A stretch of 64,000 nucleotides of DNA, from positions 1,888,001 to 1,952,000 of the forward strand of contig CBDESU010000001.1 of the NCBI GenBank assembly GCA_965242695.1, given 5' to 3'. Of this stretch, positions 50,484 through 60,368 are shown in pieces. A program made the translations under genes and the position numbers. Each line of letters starts with the position of its first letter. Position 1 is the stretch's first letter. Below the pieces are notes generated by a model that had not been told where the DNA came from, searched no databases, and worked only from the letters and a program-made list of their open reading frames with translations. This stretch comes from Cenarchaeum sp. (GTDB lineage Archaea; Thermoproteota; Nitrososphaeria; Nitrososphaerales; Nitrosopumilaceae).

Positions 50484-50802
50484 CGGGTGACAGTCCCATC
50501 GCCTGCATATAAACCTCATTCGGCCGCCTCGCGCGGGCGCGCTCAGACCTCCGGCAGGGCCTGCCGTCCCAGGCGCGGCGCCCTCGATCATGGCCGAGTT
50601 CCCAGCTGTGCCGAACCTCAGCAGGGCCTGCCGTCCCAGGCGCGGCACCTCGCGCCTAGACGTAATGGTATGCGGCAGGTTCCATGGACCAAGGAACCGG
50701 CAGGCCGCCGGCGCGTGCAAATGCCGCGCATCCCGGCCGCGCGGGCCCCGACGCCCGGCCGATCGGGCAGAGGTTTATACGCGCCCCGGCGCGGGCGGCG
50801 GC

Positions 50803-51459
50803 ATGGGCGTGTCCGTGTCTGGGCAGGGCGTGCAGATAGCGCTGAGGGCAAAGTACAGGACGTTCACGCCGGACCAGCTCGCAACCGTCCTCCGCAGGGA
50901 AGGGTACACGAGCACAAAGGCGACGGCCAACACGTCCGACAGCCCGCTCGCATCCCCCGTGCAAACCGTCATGCACTCGAAGGGCGACCTGATCATACTG
51001 TTCGGCGATGACGAGAACCTGATAAAGTTCCACATCATAAACCGCAGGAACGTCAGCGACATATTCGAGGACGAGATCAAAAAGGTCCTCACGTCGCTCA
51101 ACTACAACCCCCCGGTCGTCGACACGATGAAGATGTCGTTGTCGGCCGCCGTCTCGGGCATGGGGTCCCCGCTCAAGACGCTAAAGTCACTCGTGCGCAG
51201 CCGCCTGGCCGACCACCTCGGGGAGATGAACGACCTGGGCAACGCCGAGACGACGTCGCTGAAGATCACGCAGCACGACGACGACCGCACCGAGTTTATG
51301 ACGACGGCGATCGAGCCGCTTACGTCCGATCCGACCGGCACGTACTACGTGGAGATCGAGTACATGACGGACGACAACGAAAAGTTCACCCGCTTTGTGA
51401 GGAGGATCGGCGACGACATGATCGAGCGCATCGTGCGCGGCGCCGAGGGCCGCGAGTGA
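50803..51459 (+). CDS. Hypothetical protein
   Basis: ATG at 50803 with TTTATA about 30 bp upstream; strongly GC3-biased, protein-like. Confidence 0.8.
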   Translation: MGVSVSGQGVQIALRAKYRTFTPDQLATVLRREGYTSTKATANTSDSPLASPVQTVMHSKGDLIILFGDDENLIKFHIINRRNVSDIFEDEIKKVLTSLNYNPPVVDTMKMSLSAAVSGMGSPLKTLKSLVRSRLADHLGEMNDLGNAETTSLKITQHDDDRTEFMTTAIEPLTSDPTGTYYVEIEYMTDDNEKFTRFVRRIGDDMIERIVRGAEGRE

Positions 51460-51575
51460 GCGGCGCTGGGCGGCGGCGCGGCAGGGATGCGGGCGGCCGC
51501 AGGGGGCGCGGCGTCCGGCGCCCTAGTCGGCGGCGGGGCGCAAATTCTTTTAACGCAACGGCGCGCGGCGGCGGC

Positions 51576-52664
51576 GTGCGGCTGACATACGGGGGGGCCG
51601 GAGTCGACGTCCCGGCCATAGAGAAGAGCCAGAGGCGCATCGGCAAGATCATCGCATCGACGCACGGGGCCGCGGCCGGAGGGGGCGGATCCGGCGCGCG
51701 CACCGAGCACGGCTTTGGCCACTATGCCGGAATAGTCGAGGTGGCCGGCGGCAGGGGCGGGAGGGGGCCTCGCATGCGGATCGCGACGCATACGGACGGC
51801 GTCGGCACAAAGGCGATGATCGCGAGCATGATGTCCAGGTACGACACGATCGGCATCGACTGCGTCGCGATGAACGTAAACGACATCGTATGCGTCGGTG
51901 CCGAGCCCGTCTCGTTCGTCGACTACATTGCGGCCGGCTCGAACGACGAGCGGATATTCGCAGACATTGCGCGCGGCCTGGCCGCCGGGGCCCGCGCGGC
52001 GGGCGTGCCCATCGTCGGCGGCGAAACGGCGGTAATGCCCGGCATGTTCGGCGGGCGGGCGCGGCACGGCGCCGGGGGGAGCGGCCGCTTCGCGTTCGAC
52101 CTGGCAGGCACGGCGGTCGGGGTCGTGCGCGGCAGGCCCATCATGGGCGATGCCGTCAGGCCTGGAGACGTGATCGTCGGCGCCTCCAGCAGCGGCCTCC
52201 ACTCGAACGGCTACACGCTCGCCCGCGCGGCCCTCCTCGGCAGGAACAAGTACGGCATGGACGACAGCGTGCGCGGGGTGGGCCGCATAGGCGCGGCCCT
52301 GCTGAGGCCGACGCGCATCTACGCCAGGCCCGCCGTCGAGATAGCCGCCGCAGGCCTGGCGCACGGGCTTGCCCACATCACGGGCGGGTCGTTCTCGAAG
52401 CTGTCGCGCCTCAACGCCGGCGTCATGTACGACCTTGACGCGCTGCCGAGGCCGCCGCCCATAATGCGCCTCATAGCGGACCAGGGCGTCGGCGAGGCCG
52501 AGATGCACCGCACGTTCAACATGGGGATCGGGTTCTGCGCCATTGCGCCGCCGGACAGTGCAGGGGGGATCGTCGAGGCGTTCAGGCGCCACCGCATCCG
52601 GGCCGCCCCCGTCGGCACCGTCCGGGCCGGGCGGGGCGTGCGCGCCGGGAGGATCGAGCTCTGA
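51576..52664 (+). CDS. purM: Phosphoribosylformylglycinamidine cyclo-ligase
   Basis: TYGGAGVD, TDGVGTK, AMNVND, GGETAVMPG, SSGLHSNG, AHITGG, TFNMGIG. Confidence 0.96.
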   Translation: MRLTYGGAGVDVPAIEKSQRRIGKIIASTHGAAAGGGGSGARTEHGFGHYAGIVEVAGGRGGRGPRMRIATHTDGVGTKAMIASMMSRYDTIGIDCVAMNVNDIVCVGAEPVSFVDYIAAGSNDERIFADIARGLAAGARAAGVPIVGGETAVMPGMFGGRARHGAGGSGRFAFDLAGTAVGVVRGRPIMGDAVRPGDVIVGASSSGLHSNGYTLARAALLGRNKYGMDDSVRGVGRIGAALLRPTRIYARPAVEIAAAGLAHGLAHITGGSFSKLSRLNAGVMYDLDALPRPPPIMRLIADQGVGEAEMHRTFNMGIGFCAIAPPDSAGGIVEAFRRHRIRAAPVGTVRAGRGVRAGRIEL

Positions 52665-52736
52665 CGCGGCGGGCAGGGCGCGGCACGGCGTCACACTCGG
52701 CTTATATTGAGCCGGCGCCGCGCCGGCGCACGCCCA

Positions 52737-54095
52737 ATGGCAGCCGAGACGCACTTCATCCAGACGATCATAGGCGTAGGCATACTGCTCTTCGCCGCAA
52801 AGCTCATGGCGGAGCTGTTCCTGCGGCTCAACCTCCCCATAGTCCTCGGCGAGCTCCTCGCCGGCATGATAATCGGCCCGTTCGCGCTCGGCTCGTTCCT
52901 CGTGTTCGACGGCGAGCACCTCCTCAAGATAGACAGCGAGCTGCGCGTGCTCGGCGAGATCGGCGCCATCGTGATCCTGTTCATGGCCGGCCTCGAGATG
53001 ACGCCAAAGGAGTTCCTGCGGGGCGGCAAGTCGTCGTTTACTGTAGGGACGCTCGGCGTGGTAGTACCGTTTTTTGCGGGGCTATGGGCATTCCAGGCGT
53101 TCGGGTTTGACGCCCTCCAGTCGATGCTCATAGCGACGGCCCTGACCGCGACGAGCATCGCCATCTCGATACAGGTCCTCAACGAGTTCGGCAAGATAAA
53201 GACGCCCGAGGCGCGCCTGATCATAGGGGCCGCCGTAGTCGACGACATACTCGCCATCGCGGTCCTCTCCGTCGTGACGTCGCTCGCCGGATCAGAGGGC
53301 GGCGCGGCCAACGTCGACATCATGGAGGTGACGTGGACCATACTGCAGGTGCTCGGATTCTTCGGCGCCATGCTTGTCGCGTCCGTCTTCCTCATACCGC
53401 GCCTCATCCACACGTCGCTGTGGCAGGCCAAGGGCAGCATAGAGGGGATCGTGACGGCGGCGTTCTTTGGCGCCGCCGCCCTGGCCGGCTCGATCGGCCT
53501 CTCGCCGATCGTCGGCGCGTTCGCCGTCGGCATGGCCCTGTCGACGACAAAGGTCTTCGACAAGGTCGAGCACTTTATCGAAAAGGTCGGGCTGATATTC
53601 GCCCCGCTGTTCTTTGCGATCATCGGCGCGCAGGTCGACTTCAGGGAGGTCAACCTCGAGATACTCATGCTCAGCGGCATCATAATCGTCATCGCCATAG
53701 TGACAAAGCTGTTCGGGTGCGGCCTGCCGGCATGGTTCTTCCTCAAGGACAAGGCCCGCGGCATGAGGGTCGGCATCGGCATGATCTCGCGCGGCGAGGT
53801 CGGGCTCATCGTCGCCGGCGTCGGCGTCTCGTCCGGCGCGCTGACGGGCAGCGTGTACTCTACGATTGTAATCATGGTCGCAGTCACGACGATCATCACC
53901 CCGATATGGCTCAAGATGGAGTACCGCAAGGAGATCAGGGCCGGCGGGGGCGCGCAGGCGGCCGGCGGGGGCGCGGGGGGCCCCGACAGGGGCGGCGGCG
54001 AGGACGTGATCAAGTCGCTCGGCGAGAAGGAGGGGTTCGTCTCGGCCCTTGACGCAGGCAAGGCGACCATGCAGGACGACGAGAAGGAGCGCTGA
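52737..54095 (+). CDS. Cation:proton antiporter (CPA2)
   Basis: GELLAG, LFMAGLE, AVVDD, MISRGEV; many TM helices. Confidence 0.94.
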   Translation: MAAETHFIQTIIGVGILLFAAKLMAELFLRLNLPIVLGELLAGMIIGPFALGSFLVFDGEHLLKIDSELRVLGEIGAIVILFMAGLEMTPKEFLRGGKSSFTVGTLGVVVPFFAGLWAFQAFGFDALQSMLIATALTATSIAISIQVLNEFGKIKTPEARLIIGAAVVDDILAIAVLSVVTSLAGSEGGAANVDIMEVTWTILQVLGFFGAMLVASVFLIPRLIHTSLWQAKGSIEGIVTAAFFGAAALAGSIGLSPIVGAFAVGMALSTTKVFDKVEHFIEKVGLIFAPLFFAIIGAQVDFREVNLEILMLSGIIIVIAIVTKLFGCGLPAWFFLKDKARGMRVGIGMISRGEVGLIVAGVGVSSGALTGSVYSTIVIMVAVTTIITPIWLKMEYRKEIRAGGGAQAAGGGAGGPDRGGGEDVIKSLGEKEGFVSALDAGKATMQDDEKER

Positions 54096-54253
54096 CGGCG
54101 CGGCCTGGGAGGCGCTGTGCCGGCGTTCGGCGCGGCCGCACAGGACGGCGAGAGGGAGACTGCCATGTCGGCTGCGCGCCGCGGGCGGCCCGAGTGCCCG
54201 CGCATTCCAAGGCAGCCGCGGCGGGGAGGGGCGTGGATGCCACACCCAGAGGC

Positions 54254-54405
54254 GTCGCCGGCCCCGTACTGGTGTCGGCAGGGACGCGACGGGCGGAGGT
54301 GGAGGTGGAGGCCGCCATGGCCGGTGTCGCCGGCCCCGTACTGGTGTCGGCAGGGACGCGACGGGCGGAGGTGGAGGCCGCCATGGCCGGTGTCGCCGGC
54401 CCCGT
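54254..54405. repeat. Intergenic tandem repeat, units of 72 and 66 bp plus a partial
   Basis: GTCGCCGGCCCCGT at 54254, 54326 and 54392; units differ by one GGAGGT hexamer. Confidence 0.9.
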
Positions 54406-54761
54406 CCCGGCGGCGGCAGGGGCTGGAATGCGGCGCATGTGCAGCGGCCGGCACGCGCGATTCCGCATGAGCTCAGGTCCCCTACCTGTGTGACGCCTAG
54501 GCCGGCGTGGACCTGCCGGCATCTTGGCGGCGTACCGCATGGCATGCGTTCCGTCTAGGACGACAGGCAATGCCGGGCGATCGCCGAGTGGTTTGCATGA
54601 GGGCGGTGCAGGAGGGGCCGGATGCGGACACACTGCCGACGGACATGGGCTGGCGGCGCCGCACGGCGCCGGCCTGGGCGTCGTTCTGCGCCAGCATGAT
54701 GCTTGATGGCGGCTGTTTGGCAGCGGAAACGACGGCTAGGAATGGGCGTTTGGCGGATCGG

Positions 54762-57380
54762 TCAAACCCCAGTCGGGGACGGGTCGTGGACCCCCGTCCC
54801 CTGGTACTGCGGCAGGTCTAGCCGAGTCGTCTTGGCGCCATGAACCCGGACTTCCGGGTCATCGGACTTGCAGGGGGGCGGTACGGACGGCTTGATCGGC
54901 ACATGCCAGTTGCCAGGCCTTCGCCTTCGCCTCTGCGGGGTGCCGCATCGCCGCATGCTCGGCGGTGGAGGCTTCGGAGGGTGCCGCAGCCTGGCGGGTG
55001 CAGGACGCGGCGCACGCAGCAATCGCGGCATCGACCGGCGGCTGTCGGCGCGGAGGCGGATCGATGGAGCTGCCTGGGACGGAGCGGCCCTGCTCCAGTG
55101 GGCTTGCGATGCCGTTCGTGGCATTACTCGAGGGGCTTGCGGGGACTGCCGGGCATGCAGGGCGATTGCAACGGCCACGGCCTCTTGGATCCTCGCATCC
55201 GCGGCCGCGGCCTCCACGGCCCTGGCCGCCTCCGCGGCCGCCCTGATGCTCGCATCCGCGGCCGCGGCCTCCACGGCCCTGGCCGCCTCCGCGGCCGCCC
55301 TGATGCTCGCCTCCGCGGCCGCCCTGATGCTCGCATCCGCGGCCGCGGCCTCCACGGCCCTGGCCGCCTCCGCGGCCGCCCTGATGCTCGCATCCGCGGC
55401 CGCGGCCTCCACGGCCCTGGCCGCCTCCGCGGCCGCCCTGATGCTCGCATCCGCGGCCGCGGCCTCCACGGCCCTGGCCGCCTCCGCGGCCGCCCTGATG
55501 CTCGCATCCGCGGCCGCGGCCTCCACGGCCCTGGCCGCCTCCGCGGCCGCCCTGATGCTCGCATCCGCGGCCGCGGCATCCGCGGCCGCCCCTTTACCCC
55601 CGCTGCCGCCGCCCGCCCGGGCCGCCGCGATGCACTCGGGCGGCATCGGGCCGTCGAGGGGGCCCCTCCCAGGCCTTGCTGGCTTCCCGGCGCCACCCCA
55701 CCGGTTCGGCGCGACCTGCCCGACCTTGAATATGTCGGCCGGGTCGGCGCCGCGGGCGAGCGCGACGAACGCCTCGTCGAGCGGAATGCCCTGCTTGTCG
55801 CACGTGAGTATGAACGAGAGTATGACCGAGAACACCCTTGCCCCCTCGACGGTGCGGAGCTGGTAGCGCACGTTGCGCTGCGCGACGGGCACGCGCCGCA
55901 CGTCGCTCTCGCCGGGGTTGTTCGTCGGCGGCATGTCCTTGAACATCAGGAACGTGACCAAGTTCTTGGCCGCGTTCTCTATCTCGACGCGCGACGGGTG
56001 GCCCTTTGGCAGGCGCCCCGCTATGGCCAGCGCCCTCTGGACTATGGAGTCGCGCTCCTCCTCGGGCGCCGTGTCCATCCCGCTTACGCGCTCGTACAGG
56101 GAGCAGAACTCGTGGTACGCCAACCTGACGGCGGGATCGTCGCTCACGATGGCGGCCTTCTTGAAGTTGTTGATGACATGGCGCCAGCACCGCTGGATCT
56201 CGCCGAGGATGATCTCGTACACCTTGTAGCCGTCGACGACGCCTGCCAGCTGGCGCGCGAACGCAAACTCCTCGTCGAATATGCCCTTGCCGCGCGAGGG
56301 GCGCGCCACGACCATGGCCGCGCACGCCACCGTGAGCAGCCACAGGTAGCCCTGCCTGCCGAACATGCGCATCGTCGTCTCGTCAAAGTGGCCCCATCCC
56401 GTGGACGTGAGCAGCCTTTCAAGGTGCTTCATGAACGGCTCGAGGATGCGCGCGGCCGCCCTGCGCCCGTTCCACAGCGCCGAGGCGCACGCCGACGTCC
56501 CGAGCAGGCTCTCCAGGTAGCGCGACAGCTTGCGGTCCGTCGCGGCAAGCGCGTACAGGACGAGCATCTTTGAGAGCATGACGGGGCCGAACCAGGTGCC
56601 CTTCAGGTCCGGCGCGTCCGGCGCGCGCGACCACTCGTGGCACTTTGAGCACCACAACCTGCAGACGATCAGCTGCCACACGTGGACGCGCCCGTCGTCC
56701 TCGCCGATCTCGACGAACGTCTTCGACTCGGGCTGCTTGGCCTGGTGGGCGTACGTGGCGCGGCCGCAGTGCAGGCACTCGAAGATGGGGTAGCGGACGA
56801 CCTTTTCGGGCTTTAGGCGGTGCGAGGCGCCGGGGTGGCCCATGGGAGGGCCCAGCGCCGCATCGGGCCTGGGGCGCCCGCACGACTCTGCCTGCTCCCT
56901 GTCGAACGCCTTGGCCAGCGGGTTGTACAGGGACGGCATGCCGCGCCGGCTGTTGGGCGTCTCGTAGTACTCGAGCCTCTTCTTGAGCTTGCGCACCAGC
57001 GCCTCCAGCTCGGCCAGCTTGGCAAGGTCCTTGGGGTTGTGGTTGCCCTTTATGGCGTCGATCTGCCACTTGATCGCGTCGAGATCCCGCGACATGTCGT
57101 CTGCCGTGCGCAGGTGCTCGGCGCCGGCCTTCGAGATCTCGACGGCCATCTCCATGAACCTGCCTGCATCTTCCGTCCTGGCAATGTCCGCCCGGACCTT
57201 GTAGTCCTCAAACTCTGCCTTGAGCCTGTGGACCAGGCGGATCAGACTTGCGATCTCGGCGCGCAGCAGGGCCTTTTCCCTCCCATGCGCATCCGGCTCG
57301 AGCCGTATCCGGGTGACGGCAGGGCAGCAGGCGCACATGACGTCTATGCTCCTCCCGCCGTCCTTGTCGACATGTGGCAC
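54762..57380 (-). mobile_element. IS66-family DDE transposase (TnpC-like) with long repeat-containing C-terminal extension
   Basis: Coiled coil, TPNS..MPS, GHPG, CLHC/CSKC zinc finger, HFDET, VDGYKVY, QRCWRH, PTNNPGESDVR. No tnpA/tnpB and no terminal inverted repeats recognised. Start uncertain. Confidence 0.88.
55192..55590. repeat. 57-bp intragenic tandem repeat (19-aa ASIRAAAEAARAVEAAAAD), about 6 units
   Basis: CTCGCATCCGCGGCCGCGG recurs with period 57, with one 24-bp partial unit. Confidence 0.93.
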
Positions 57381-57783
57381 GCCCGCCTCTCTCCCCCTCT
57401 CGACCCGTCCGGCCGCGCTCCGCTTATCATCTGCCGTGTAAACAATTCTTAACAATCTTGTAAAAAACCTGTGACTTGCCTTCCCGGGAGGCGCCGCCGA
57501 GGGCGGCCGCGCGCGGCCACATGGCCGCCGCCGTGCGCGGCTCCTGCCGGCAGCAGCGGCAGCAGGCTCAAGAACGCCGGCTCGGGGGCCGCGCGGCCAC
57601 ATGGCCGCCGTCACGCGGCCTCAAGATGCCGGCGGAACGGGCCATGCCCTGGCATGCGCACTAGGCAGAGGGGCGGCGGCACGCCTAGGGAGGGGCATGC
57701 GGATGGGGGGGACCTGAGCTCATGCGCGATTCCTAGCGCGCCAGGCGGGAACGGTTAAAATACTACCGCGGGATTTGTAGGGC

Positions 57784-58032
57784 GTGGAGACAGTATACGT
57801 CCTGATCCAGTGCGACATGGGCAGGGAGACGGAGATCATATCGCAGCTGGCGTCCATACCAGAGGTGCGCGAGGTGCGCGGCACGTACGGCATCTACGAC
57901 ATCTTCTGCAAGGTGCAGGCCGACTCGCGCGAGGCCCTGGACTCGGTCATCACGAACAGGGTGCGCCGGATAGCCCGCATGCGCTCCACCATTACCCTCC
58001 ACTGGATACCTTCGCAGGGTGGCCGGGGATGA
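57784..58032 (+). CDS. Lrp/AsnC ligand-binding (RAM) domain protein
   Basis: VYVLI.C..G...V.EV.GTYGIYDI..KV...STIT. Confidence 0.9.
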   Translation: METVYVLIQCDMGRETEIISQLASIPEVREVRGTYGIYDIFCKVQADSREALDSVITNRVRRIARMRSTITLHWIPSQGGRG

Positions 58033-58349
58033 TCGAGAGGCAGTTCGACCCGACGCTGCTCTACAACAGGATAGTCCACTTTTACGTCGACAAGCACGGC
58101 TATTCGAAGGAGGCGGCCAACGCGATAGCGCAGAAGGTCATACGCAGGGAGGCCGACCGGCGGACGTGCAAGAACATACGGTGCCGCCACTCGATGGACG
58201 ACCACATCAGGAACGCCGAGACGTGCCTGGTACTGGAGTGCGAGTGCAGGCGGTTCGAGCGCGGCGCGGGTGGCAGGGCCGCCGCGCAACCCAGGCGCCC
58301 GGCCCCGGGGCCCGCCGCGGCGGCCGTTGCCGCGGCCGCGGCCGCCTAG
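58029..58349 (+). CDS. Small Cys/His-rich hypothetical protein
   Basis: ATGA overlap with the Lrp gene; CKNIRCRH...H...C...CEC putative zinc site. Confidence 0.78.
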   Translation: MIERQFDPTLLYNRIVHFYVDKHGYSKEAANAIAQKVIRREADRRTCKNIRCRHSMDDHIRNAETCLVLECECRRFERGAGGRAAAQPRRPAPGPAAAAVAAAAAA

Positions 58350-58380
58350 CCACCCCCCGCCCCGCCGCAAGGCAGCCTGC

Positions 58381-59343
58381 CTACGGGACGCCTGCGCCGC
58401 CCGCCCGCAGCGGCCTTGCGTCGAACCCCCGCGCCCGCAGGTGCGCGGCAAACTCGTCGACGAACCCGTGGACCGTGTACACGGACTCGGCGCCGGCCGC
58501 CTCGGCCAGCCCGACCAGCTCGCCAAAGTCGCAGTGGTCGCTGAGCGGTACGGCCATGTCGCACCTGCGGCCGTGCGGGAACCCAGACCCCGCCCACCCC
58601 GTAAACCCGACCGTCACGGCGCCGTACCGCGCCTTCATGTCGACGACGAACTTTGACGAGGCAGGCATCATCGGGGCGACCATCACCCACGGGCCGCGCG
58701 CCAGCCTGCCGGCTGCCTCCGCCTCGGAGTGGCCCGGCGCGTCGGGGAGCGGCACGCCGAGGGATCGGTGCACGTCGTTCATCGCCTTGACCGAGTCGTG
58801 GTAGTACAGCGGATCCCAGTGCCCGAACATCTCGCTGAGCGTCTGCGCCTTGCCCAGCTGGTACCCCATCAGTATGACGGGCCGGCCGCGCGCGTACATG
58901 TCCGATATGATCGCGTTCGTCCTGGATCGGAGATCCCCGACGGGCGGGAACGAGAACCGCGGCAGCCCGAACGTGCACTCCATTACGAGCGTGCGGCAGC
59001 GGGGCACGCGCGCCCCCGCCAGAAAGCCGCGCCGCCGCGTGCAAATGTCCCCCGTGTAGAACAGCTCGCCTCCGTCGACGAGCAGGCCCCTTGCCCCCAG
59101 GACGTGGCCGGCATCGACTAGCTCCAGCCCGGCCCCGTCCTCTACGAGGTGGTCCATGCGGAGGCCCCGGTGCCGGGCTATCGCCCCGGTCTCGCGGGAT
59201 GCGAGTATGATGCCGCCGTTGCGCCGCGGGAGGTGGTCCGAGTGCGCATGCGAGACAAAGTTGACGGCGCCCGGTCCGGCCGCCTTTGGATCCATGTCTA
59301 TGCGCCGGCCGGCGCTCGTGCACGAGATTCCGTTCCCGGTCAT
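58381..59343 (-). CDS. Metallo-beta-lactamase/beta-CASP nuclease
   Basis: SHAHSDH, AGHVLG, YTGD, ECTFG, LGKAQ, LSDHCDF, VHG. Confidence 0.92.
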   Translation of the reverse strand: MTGNGISCTSAGRRIDMDPKAAGPGAVNFVSHAHSDHLPRRNGGIILASRETGAIARHRGLRMDHLVEDGAGLELVDAGHVLGARGLLVDGGELFYTGDICTRRRGFLAGARVPRCRTLVMECTFGLPRFSFPPVGDLRSRTNAIISDMYARGRPVILMGYQLGKAQTLSEMFGHWDPLYYHDSVKAMNDVHRSLGVPLPDAPGHSEAEAAGRLARGPWVMVAPMMPASSKFVVDMKARYGAVTVGFTGWAGSGFPHGRRCDMAVPLSDHCDFGELVGLAEAAGAESVYTVHGFVDEFAAHLRARGFDARPLRAGGAGVP

Positions 59344-59421
59344 TGCCACGGTGCAACGGCCCAACGGCCGGCGGCTGACCCGGATTTGATATAAATTGCA
59401 CGATTGAATCGGCGTTGACCG

Positions 59422-60075
59422 TTGCTCAACGTCGGAGTGCTCGTCTCGGGCAGGGGCTCGAACATGGTCGCCATAGCAAGGGCCCTGAAGAGGCCGGGCG
59501 CGCCGGCTAGGTGCGCCGTCGTCGTCTCTGACAGGCCGGGCGCGCCTGGGCTTGCCGCCGCCGAGCGCCTCGGCGTGCCGGCGGTCGCCGTCGACGCCTC
59601 GCCGTACAGGGGCGCCGACAGGTGGGAGCACGACAGGAGGGTGGCCGCGGTCCTGCGCAGGCACGGCGTCACCGGCAGGGGCGGGCTGGTGTGCCTTGCG
59701 GGGTACATGAGGATCGTCAGCCCGCGGTTCGTCCGCCGGTACAGGAACCGCATCATGAACATACACCCCGCCCTCCTGCCGGCGTTCCCCGGCCTTGACG
59801 CGCAGGGGCAGGCCGTCAGGTACGGCGCAAGGGTGTCTGGGTGCACGGTCCACTTTGTAGACGACGGCGTCGACACGGGCCCCGTCATACTGCAGTCTGC
59901 CGTGGCCGTCAGGGACGGCGACACGCGCGAGTCGCTTGCGGCGCGGATACTCAGGGCCGAGCACCGCGCGTACCCGAGGGCCGTAGAGATGTTCGCAAGG
60001 GGCATGCTGCGCGTGTCTGGCAAGAGGGTCGTCGTGTCAGGGAGCAGGGCAGGGTGGAAGGGGCAGGGCCGATAG
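59422..60075 (+). CDS. purN: Phosphoribosylglycinamide formyltransferase
   Basis: SGRGSN, LAGYMRI, NIHPALLP, GCTVHFV...DTGP, EH. Confidence 0.96.
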   Translation: MLNVGVLVSGRGSNMVAIARALKRPGAPARCAVVVSDRPGAPGLAAAERLGVPAVAVDASPYRGADRWEHDRRVAAVLRRHGVTGRGGLVCLAGYMRIVSPRFVRRYRNRIMNIHPALLPAFPGLDAQGQAVRYGARVSGCTVHFVDDGVDTGPVILQSAVAVRDGDTRESLAARILRAEHRAYPRAVEMFARGMLRVSGKRVVVSGSRAGWKGQGR

Positions 60076-60368
60076 TGCCGCGGGCTGGGCGACGGCGGCG
60101 CCGGATCTTCCCGCACAAGCGGCGTGGCCCCTGCTGGTGACTGAACTTTTTTGTAGAAGTTTACCAATGGAAGCCGCGCCTTATAGTGCGCTCGACTCCG
60201 ACACGGAAGATGCACGACCTATCCCAGCTCGGAGACTAGGCGCATACTTGGACCCGTCTACATATCGTCATGCTCGGGATGGTCCCTCGACTAGTTCTAG
60301 AGCTATGTAAACACAACTTATAATAAACCTATGGATTAAGCAACAAAAAAATTAATTAAGTGTCATTT

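Noticed and set aside
57437-57470. GTAAACAATTC as an IS66 terminal inverted repeat
   Set aside because: Wrong orientation for the left end of a minus-strand element and no partner found; more likely a promoter AT patch.
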